Shown one piece after another: positions 57,230-64,000 of a stretch of DNA of 64,000 nucleotides. Position 1 is the stretch's first letter; every line of letters starts with the position of its first letter. Position numbers and translations under genes: made by a program. The notes under the pieces were generated by a model. The model worked only from the letters and a program-made list of their open reading frames with translations, did no database searches and had not been told where the DNA came from. This stretch comes from a virus, in the IMG/VR virus record IMGVR_UViG_3300025009_000051, positions 64,001 to 128,000 of that record; one strand, given 5' to 3'.

Positions 57230-57522
57230 CTTCTCATCATTTTTTTAATTGCCTCTTTAGATTGTATAGATGTTTTGACATCTATAAATTTTTGTTTTTC
57301 TTTTTTAGTTAATATTTTTTTAAAATTTTTAGAGATTGGATTAATACCAATTATTGATCTTTGCCCCGTTTCAATATTCGTCCAATTTATTGGATTAGAA
57401 TCAGTCGGAAAATTTTCATAAAGAAATTGTTCCAATTTGCATGCTTCATCAAAAGAATATAACCCTCCGATATGTTTGTTTAAAAATTGTAATTTTGATT
57501 CTATGATTACCATTACAAACAA
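57226..57522 (-). CDS. Hypothetical protein
   Basis: 98-aa ORF. Confidence 0.45.
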   Translation of the reverse strand: MFVMVIIESKLQFLNKHIGGLYSFDEACKLEQFLYENFPTDSNPINWTNIETGQRSIIGINPISKNFKKILTKKEKQKFIDVKTSIQSKEAIKKMMRR

Positions 57523-57710
57523 ATTTTAAATAACTCAATATATTTAATTGTTTTATCTAGACATTCGGCTATTTTCAAAGTATCTTCTTGTTCTTTAGGT
57601 TTATGCCACATTAATTGACCCGTATTTTGTAATATATTCCTTTCATCATTTAACCATTTCAATAGGTCTATTGCGAGCATATTAGAATTGTTTTCTTGTT
57701 TTGTTGACAT
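57513..57710 (-). CDS. Hypothetical protein
   Basis: 65-aa ORF. Confidence 0.45.
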   Translation of the reverse strand: MSTKQENNSNMLAIDLLKWLNDERNILQNTGQLMWHKPKEQEDTLKIAECLDKTIKYIELFKICL

Positions 57711-57721
57711 AATTTTATTAT

Positions 57722-57940
57722 TTATTCTAAAAGATGATTTGTCAATAATAAATAAGTATTTTTAAGATCCTCTAATGAAGTCAATCTTTTAATTGGAAAA
57801 GTTTCTCCTGTCACTTCATCATACTCTGAAAATACCCATCCTTTTCCATCGTGTTCTATACAATAGTCATTATCATAAAATAAGACATCTGATTCTTTAT
57901 TAAAATAGTTTAATGATTCTATTTCTTTTTTAGTTAGCAT
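57722..57940 (-). CDS. Hypothetical protein
   Basis: 72-aa ORF. Confidence 0.45.
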   Translation of the reverse strand: MLTKKEIESLNYFNKESDVLFYDNDYCIEHDGKGWVFSEYDEVTGETFPIKRLTSLEDLKNTYLLLTNHLLE

Positions 57941-59689
57941 TTATTTGATTAATTGATTGATTATGTCTTTAAAAATTGATTGTTTTTTATTTCCAATATA
58001 TTTTGCTTCATATTTTATTCCAGCATTTATTGCATTTGTTATTACCATTTTATCTTCTAATACATCATACATATTAATATCAAATGTATCTGCTCCGAGA
58101 AGGTAATATATGTTTGCAACATTTTCTTGGCCCATCCTATGAATTCTATCCTCCAGCTGCAAAAGATCGTCTGGCATCCAGCTTAATTCTACAACTGCTA
58201 AATTTGAAGCGGCTGTTAGATTAAATCCAACTTTACCACTATCTATATTTAAAACGATTAATTTTTCATTTGGATCATCTTGAAATTTTTGTACATATTC
58301 TTGTCTTTGTTCAACAGGTGTACCACCATAAATTCTATTACATTTAAAATGATCTGCTATTGAATCCAAGATCGCCACATGATAAGCGAAACAAACCAGC
58401 TTTTGCCCACTTTGCAAAAAAGTATATATCCATTCAATAACATTGTTTAATTTTCCATGGGCGGTTAATTGTCTTAAATAATTTGCTCGAATTAATGCTT
58501 CATATTTTGATACTTTATTAATTGCTTCTATCTTCTCTAATTTAGAATTTAAAGCATTTAGAACTGTAGGTATTTCATCATCATTTATATCTTCATTTAC
58601 TACTTTATTTTTTAAAATAAAATTAACCAAATCTCTTTTAGCTAATTCATATTCTTTTCTATTATCAATGTCTAAATATACAATAGAACGAACTTTATCA
58701 GGTAATTCTTTTAATACATCTTTTTTATTTCTTCTGATATAACAAACTTGTCGTAATTTTTCGTGTAATTCTTCAAGATTACTTGCTCCATATTCCCACC
58801 CATAATATCCTTCTTTAGCATCGCAGTATCTTAATTTAAAATTTTGAGAACCTCCAAAATCTTGTAATCTATCTAATATTTTTAATTGATGTACCAAATC
58901 TAAAGGAGCATCTCCCGTAGGAGTTCCTGTCAATAACATTTTATATTCTACTTTTCTGGATAGTGTGAATACAGCTTTAGATCTTTGTGATTTATGTGAT
59001 TTGACGAAATGTGATTCATCTACTATCAATAATTTTATTTTTTTCTTTTCTAATATTTTTAAATACTTTGTCAAAGCTTGATAATGAATGATGATTATAT
59101 CTGCTTCAAAATTATCTTTTTTATTATTTCGTATAACAGATATTCTTTCTTTATCAATATCAATCCATTTTAATATTTCATAATACCAATTTAATTTTAA
59201 ACTATTTGGACATATAATGGTAATAGGATATTTACCTAATGTAAAAAAAGAAGCAATTGCTTGAGGAGTTTTACCTAATCCTTGTTCATCGCCTAATAAT
59301 ACTCTTTTATTTTTAAGAATGTATTGAACCCCAGCAGCTTGAAAAGGTCTTAAGGTTAGTTTTAAATTTGGTATTATAAAATCAGTAGATTCGGCAGCAC
59401 TTAAAATTTTATTTTCTTTGTTCAGTTCTTTTAATTGTTCTACAAATACCTTAAATTCTAAAGGAGTTTCAAAATTATAATAAGAACAAAAAGCATCTAG
59501 ATATTCAAGAGTAGTTTTATTTAAAGGAACTTCCCAAAAATATTCATTCCAATTAAATTTTCTACCGGGTATTTTTTTAATATTTTCTTTTAATTCAGCA
59601 GACATTTCATCATTAAAGAAATGAGGATAATGAATGGTAACATAATGTTTTTTTCTTCTTTCAATTAATTTTATATGATAATCGCTCAT
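57941..59689 (-). CDS. SNF2-family helicase (SMARCAL1/HARP-like)
   Basis: LRPFQ..GV, DEQGLGKT, LIVDESH, LTGTP, QLEDRIHRMGQ; N-terminal HARP-like segment. Confidence 0.9.
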   Translation of the reverse strand: MSDYHIKLIERRKKHYVTIHYPHFFNDEMSAELKENIKKIPGRKFNWNEYFWEVPLNKTTLEYLDAFCSYYNFETPLEFKVFVEQLKELNKENKILSAAESTDFIIPNLKLTLRPFQAAGVQYILKNKRVLLGDEQGLGKTPQAIASFFTLGKYPITIICPNSLKLNWYYEILKWIDIDKERISVIRNNKKDNFEADIIIIHYQALTKYLKILEKKKIKLLIVDESHFVKSHKSQRSKAVFTLSRKVEYKMLLTGTPTGDAPLDLVHQLKILDRLQDFGGSQNFKLRYCDAKEGYYGWEYGASNLEELHEKLRQVCYIRRNKKDVLKELPDKVRSIVYLDIDNRKEYELAKRDLVNFILKNKVVNEDINDDEIPTVLNALNSKLEKIEAINKVSKYEALIRANYLRQLTAHGKLNNVIEWIYTFLQSGQKLVCFAYHVAILDSIADHFKCNRIYGGTPVEQRQEYVQKFQDDPNEKLIVLNIDSGKVGFNLTAASNLAVVELSWMPDDLLQLEDRIHRMGQENVANIYYLLGADTFDINMYDVLEDKMVITNAINAGIKYEAKYIGNKKQSIFKDIINQLIK

Positions 59690-61602
59690 TTAATCTTTTT
59701 CTTAAATTTTTCTGGTAAGTAATCAAAATATGCGTCTTTAGATTTTACTTCTGATAATTCTGTTTCATATCCATTTTCTTGTAAAATATTAATCACATCT
59801 TCAGATAAAAGTAGAGTATTTTCAAATAATTTTTCTGCTATTAATTCTACTAACTGTTTATAATCTTTAATGAGTTTTTCAGTTTCTTTGGAACATTCTT
59901 TTATTATTTTTCTTATCTCTTTATTCTGTTCTTTGATAGAAGAATAAGCATATTCAGATTCTTGTTTATTTTGAACATAAATTAAATCATCATTTAATCC
60001 GTGCTTATAAATTAATGCAGCCAAATTTGTAGCAGAAGAAATATCGGACGCAGTTCCAGTTGAAATGTTTTCACTCCCAAAAAATATTTTCTCTGATATT
60101 GGTCCAGCTAAATAACATTTTATTTTTGATAATATTAATTTTTTGTTTGATTCATGATCCGGATATTCAGTAAAAGTTAATCCAAGACTATCTGCATCTT
60201 TATCTTGTAATGCGATATATTTTGGAATTAATTTGGTATCAATAATATTTACTACCGCGTGCGCGGCCTCATGTATAGAAGTAATGTATTTAATATTTTT
60301 ATCAATTGAAATCGAATCAGAAATATATGGTTTTATAATCCATTGATCATTTTTAAACAAAAGAATATTATTATTCTCTTTGTCATAATCTAAGCTTGAA
60401 GAAGTTGTATTTTCTTCTAATAATTCACTGATAATTAATTCTTCAACATACTGTTTTATATTTTTCTTTATTCTCATTCCTTGAGTAGGAAATACAAATT
60501 TGTCATATAAAAAATCTACAAAATTATCACTATATTTAAATTCAATTAATTTTATTTCTGATAAGAGTTTTTTAATTACTTTGATATAATCTTCTCTTTT
60601 AAATGAATAATAAATAATATGATTGTGACCTAATCTCGCAATGTGTTCTGGATTAAAATATGTTAATAACGCATCTTTAATATTTTTAATAGTGATTTTA
60701 GAAGTAATATCATACAACATATCCGCGGGTATCTTTTCAAATTCAAAACTCATGGTATATAATTGATCCAAATTACCAATCACAAATATCAAACTTTTTC
60801 TTAAATCATATACTTTTGGTTTTAAATCTAGAATAGCATGTTTAGTTAAAATATCAATTATTTCTTTGATAGAGTATTCTTTTTTTCTATTTTCTAATAA
60901 CTTTCTATATTCTAATCTATGATGAATTTTTATTTGCCTTAAAAATTCATCATATATAAAAGATTTTCTTTTTTCTTTTAGTGAAATTGTTTTTCGTTTA
61001 GTAATATTAATGTTAGATCCATAATCATATTCAAGTAATAAATCAAAATATTCAGAATAATTTTCTTCAGGTATTATATTTTTATTTAATTCAATTCCTC
61101 TATTTTGTATTTCTTCTAAAAATTTAATAAATTCTTTAATGCTCGAATGTGAACTATTATACATTGAAACAGTTTCTCCGGTATCTATAAACTTCCAAAT
61201 AAAACTTTTATTTGAATTGCTTTCGATATTATATTGATTTCTTATTGCCGCATATTGAATGTCATCAAATACTATTATTGGAGTATTTGTGTCATACATA
61301 TAACTCATCTTATCAAACTTATAATATAAAGTACCATCGTCTTCATGATAAGAAGGAGCCATATCAAAAGAAGAATATAAATGAGATAAATCCAATTTTT
61401 TAACTAAAGAAGATATCAACTCACTTTTACCTACCCCTGTCATTCCCCATAAATTTATAATGGTAGGAAATGTTTGCTTATCTCGATATAGAAACCAAGG
61501 TTTAATGAAATTAATTAATTGATCAATTTGATAATCAATTCCGACAAATTCTTCTTTTAATTCTTTTTTGACTGTTTCTAATAAAATTATTTTTTCTTGC
61601 AT
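59686..61602 (-). CDS. Soluble AAA+ ATPase fused to an FtsH-type M41 peptidase domain
   Basis: Walker A GMTGVGKS, IVFDD; C-terminal HEAAH, LAG..SE, GTASDI..AT.LA; no obvious TM segment. Confidence 0.75.
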   Translation of the reverse strand: MQEKIILLETVKKELKEEFVGIDYQIDQLINFIKPWFLYRDKQTFPTIINLWGMTGVGKSELISSLVKKLDLSHLYSSFDMAPSYHEDDGTLYYKFDKMSYMYDTNTPIIVFDDIQYAAIRNQYNIESNSNKSFIWKFIDTGETVSMYNSSHSSIKEFIKFLEEIQNRGIELNKNIIPEENYSEYFDLLLEYDYGSNINITKRKTISLKEKRKSFIYDEFLRQIKIHHRLEYRKLLENRKKEYSIKEIIDILTKHAILDLKPKVYDLRKSLIFVIGNLDQLYTMSFEFEKIPADMLYDITSKITIKNIKDALLTYFNPEHIARLGHNHIIYYSFKREDYIKVIKKLLSEIKLIEFKYSDNFVDFLYDKFVFPTQGMRIKKNIKQYVEELIISELLEENTTSSSLDYDKENNNILLFKNDQWIIKPYISDSISIDKNIKYITSIHEAAHAVVNIIDTKLIPKYIALQDKDADSLGLTFTEYPDHESNKKLILSKIKCYLAGPISEKIFFGSENISTGTASDISSATNLAALIYKHGLNDDLIYVQNKQESEYAYSSIKEQNKEIRKIIKECSKETEKLIKDYKQLVELIAEKLFENTLLLSEDVINILQENGYETELSEVKSKDAYFDYLPEKFKKKIK

Positions 61603-61615
61603 TGTTTAAATTTAA

Positions 61616-62908
61616 TTAAAAATGTGTTGGTATATCATCAATCGTAATTATTTCTGCAGCTTTAAGAAATCCAATATCAGTTTTTACCTTGCCTACCATC
61701 TTGCTATTTTGTTTAGAATACTCAGGAAGTTTATCAAAAATTTCTGTCATTATTTTTACTGTTTCGGCTAAAATTTCGAGAGTTATATCTTTTTGATTTG
61801 CCACTGCATATGAAAGAGAAGCGTTTACTAATTCTCGAATTTGTGCTCCTGTCAAATTATTAACTATACTTATAATTAATTTTTCTTTCTGTAAATCTTC
61901 ATTTGAATATATTCCTTTAGCATACAATTTAAAACAATTATAAGCATACTCGCCTGTCAACGACCCCATGTGTATTATTTTATCAATTCTTCCAGGACGC
62001 TTTAAAATTCTATTTTCTATTACTTCTGGATAATTTGTTGACATTAATATATATGCTCCTTCTACCATTCTTGGTTGGTCCATACCATCTAATACATTTA
62101 ATAAGGTAGATCCTCCTTCATTTAATATATATTCCGCATCTTCAAAAATAAGTAGAGTGGATACTTTATACTTCTTGCACAGTTGTAAATGACCAACAAC
62201 CACTCGCATATTATTTGCATAAATTACACATTTTTCTTTGGCATATTTTTGAGCTAATTTTATTCCTGTAATTGTTTTACCTGTTCCGGGTTCTCCAATA
62301 ATTAATCCTTTTCTAATTCCGGGCATATTAAATCTTGTAAATAATTCAACATTGTTGAAATAAAAATCAATATCCTTTTCTATTATACTAAAATTTTGAT
62401 GAATTACTTCGTTGCTAAACAGTTTATCTTTTTTGGTATATATCAATTGGCCGGTTCCTGTCATTTGAAGATCATATATTCCTACTTTTGGTTTTTGCGA
62501 AAGTCGAAACACTTGTTCAGACATTTTTAAATATTTCATCCAAGTTTCTTTTTCTCCAACCACAAGTGATTCAACTCCTCCTGTTTTCTTTAGTCCTGAC
62601 CACCAGTATGAAAACAATAAAAATGAATCATCAGAAAAAACAACTTTAAAAATTCCAGTCTTATCTGTGGCTGAAATTGCTTTCTTTTTATTTAATTTTA
62701 CATTAATCGAAAAACATGGAATCACTTGAGAAGAAATTGGAATTATGTCTTTAACATATAATTTTTTCCGTTTAGAAAATATTTTAAGATTTTCTAATTC
62801 TGAATACCCCATTCTATAAGAATAATCCGCAATCAGAAAATCTTTAGTTGGTTTAATACTTCTATACAATTCCATTAATTCTTTATTTACACTCTGCAAC
62901 TTTGTCAT
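61616..62908 (-). CDS. Classic-clade AAA ATPase
   Basis: GEPGTGKT, LIFEDAE, LLNVLDG, STNYPE...KRPGRID. Confidence 0.88.
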   Translation of the reverse strand: MTKLQSVNKELMELYRSIKPTKDFLIADYSYRMGYSELENLKIFSKRKKLYVKDIIPISSQVIPCFSINVKLNKKKAISATDKTGIFKVVFSDDSFLLFSYWWSGLKKTGGVESLVVGEKETWMKYLKMSEQVFRLSQKPKVGIYDLQMTGTGQLIYTKKDKLFSNEVIHQNFSIIEKDIDFYFNNVELFTRFNMPGIRKGLIIGEPGTGKTITGIKLAQKYAKEKCVIYANNMRVVVGHLQLCKKYKVSTLLIFEDAEYILNEGGSTLLNVLDGMDQPRMVEGAYILMSTNYPEVIENRILKRPGRIDKIIHMGSLTGEYAYNCFKLYAKGIYSNEDLQKEKLIISIVNNLTGAQIRELVNASLSYAVANQKDITLEILAETVKIMTEIFDKLPEYSKQNSKMVGKVKTDIGFLKAAEIITIDDIPTHF

Positions 62909-63272
62909 AATTTCTTATTATTTCAGTTTTTAATTTTAATTCTCCTAATTCAGTTAAATTATATATAATTTCATCCTTTATTTTATTACAGGTATATTTT
63001 CCTCCAAATGATCCGACAGAGTTAGTAATGGTAAGAAAAAATCTATGATACACAATGTGTTCTGACTTCATAAGAATATACAATCCTAATTCAAAAATAC
63101 CGTTACAAATTAAAGAATTTAAAAGAAGAGTATCTTTAGAATTAGAAGTGTATATTTCTACATATGGAGATCTTTCAGAATAACTTATTTTCTTTATTGA
63201 TAGAATTTGAAAAGGTATTTTATTCTTTTCTATTTTTACAATAAAGACAGATGGAATTTCATTTATTGTCAT
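62883..63272 (-). CDS. Hypothetical protein
   Basis: 129-aa ORF. Confidence 0.45.
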   Translation of the reverse strand: MTINEIPSVFIVKIEKNKIPFQILSIKKISYSERSPYVEIYTSNSKDTLLLNSLICNGIFELGLYILMKSEHIVYHRFFLTITNSVGSFGGKYTCNKIKDEIIYNLTELGELKLKTEIIRNYDKVAECK

Positions 63273-63281
63273 ATGATTCTT

Positions 63282-63533
63282 CTACCATCTTTTATTTTTG
63301 AGTGGCATGGTACGATATGCTTCCCAAACTCGACTTCTTAAATTCTTATCAGAAGTGTAAAGTTGCAATGCTCTTGATAAAGATATTTTTCTTCCTTTAT
63401 CTTTTACTCGAGTGTCATCTACACTACATTGAGCGGAAGCGGCTACGATTAATTCATTGGCTTCATAAATTCTACAATAAGTGATTCGGTCTTCATATGA
63501 CCACTTAATTTTTAAATTTTCGATTTTTAACAT
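63282..63533 (-). CDS. Hypothetical phage protein
   Basis: A.CS..D...K.KGRKISL.RA motif. Confidence 0.55.
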   Translation of the reverse strand: MLKIENLKIKWSYEDRITYCRIYEANELIVAASAQCSVDDTRVKDKGRKISLSRALQLYTSDKNLRSRVWEAYRTMPLKNKRW

Positions 63534-63558
63534 AACAGTATATTTTTAAATTGTGAAT

Positions 63559-63771
63559 TTAATATTCGGAATTTATAAGAAATTCTTCAACATCCTTTAC
63601 ACTAAAACATCTTGCGAATTTACCTGTATTTTCATTTAATACTATCACAAAATCAAGTGCACCGTAATTAAACGCCAATTTAGCTGCTTCAATATCAAAT
63701 ACACATAAAGCATTATATTTTGGCATTACTGGCTGGCAATCTGAATATTTTTCATCTAGAATTCTTAACAT
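63559..63771 (-). CDS. Hypothetical protein
   Basis: 70-aa ORF. Confidence 0.45.
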   Translation of the reverse strand: MLRILDEKYSDCQPVMPKYNALCVFDIEAAKLAFNYGALDFVIVLNENTGKFARCFSVKDVEEFLINSEY

Positions 63772-63817
63772 GACAGTATATTTTTAAATTGCGAATTGCG
63801 AATTGTGAATTCTTTTA

Positions 63818-63849
63818 CAAATGTAAATAATTTTTTTGATATTAACAAA
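63818..63849 (-). promoter_or_regulatory. Bacteroidota sigma-A type promoter
   Basis: Minus strand TTTG-N20-TACATTTG. Confidence 0.75.
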
Positions 63850-64000
63850 TTGAATTTGCGATTGCACTATCGTTTGCATAGAAATTCTTTGCTAATTGTA
63901 TTTCTTGTAATTTTATTTTATAAGATTCTTTTATTTGATCAATAACTTCATCAAAATGTTTGCTTGCATTTGCATCAAAGGTAGCCTCTGTAGGATGATC

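Noticed and set aside
1304-63484. Other short track ORFs fully overlapping longer genes on the opposite strand or frame (e.g. 1304, 2945, 5285, 5488, 6955, 7444, 9345, 15123, 16621, 17566, 20471, 30171, 43921, 44606, 61212, 63302)
   Set aside because: No recognisable motifs; each overlaps a better supported gene.
1-64000. Alternative genetic code (TAG or TGA recoding, as in some Bacteroidota phages)
   Set aside because: Conserved genes (gp21, gp23, thyA, gmd) are full length in the standard code, and TAG/TGA end genes cleanly (e.g. 33705, 54694, 19227). The isolated breaks are frameshifts or one TAA.
1-64000. CRISPR array or tRNA genes
   Set aside because: No regularly spaced repeat-spacer series or cloverleaf was recognised by eye, including around both tnpB loci. 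A tRNAscan/CRISPR-finder run would be needed to exclude them formally.

Overview
This is a 64 kb, very AT-rich, gene-dense segment of a T4-like jumbo (huge) dsDNA phage genome read in the standard code. It holds head genes in two separated blocks: the 5' part of the portal gene plus the prohead protease at 1-4 kb, and the acidic scaffold plus major capsid protein at 44-47 kb. It also has a cassette of probable receptor-binding proteins (Asp-box propeller, LamG lectins) and a 14-gene glycan biosynthesis island (22.3-32.3 kb). Other genes include thyA, NADAR, HD, 2H-phosphoesterase and nucleotidyltransferase genes, lysis genes, several homing-type endonucleases, a SNF2 helicase and an AAA+/peptidase cluster. 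Exact TTTG-N19/20-TAnnTTTG promoters and the absence of obvious Shine-Dalgarno motifs point to a Bacteroidota host; a second, phage-type motif TATAnTTAT(A/T) precedes the virion genes. Best leads: (1) a catalytically intact TnpB with no TnpA in the window, plus a second orphan copy of its omegaRNA scaffold 14 kb away that keeps its base-pairing and carries a different guide; (2) a phage-encoded Gmd/DegT/acyltransferase/ACP/FabH/methyltransferase set for an N-acylated amino-sugar, with GT10/GT11/GT25/GT2 transferases; (3) a ~60-bp leader module (MNKNEIKLRTIIREELKKQLxE) shared by unrelated genes, which looks like a capsid-targeting, protease-cleaved signal. No CRISPR array or tRNA was recognised. 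All family assignments come from motifs read by eye; no database search was run.
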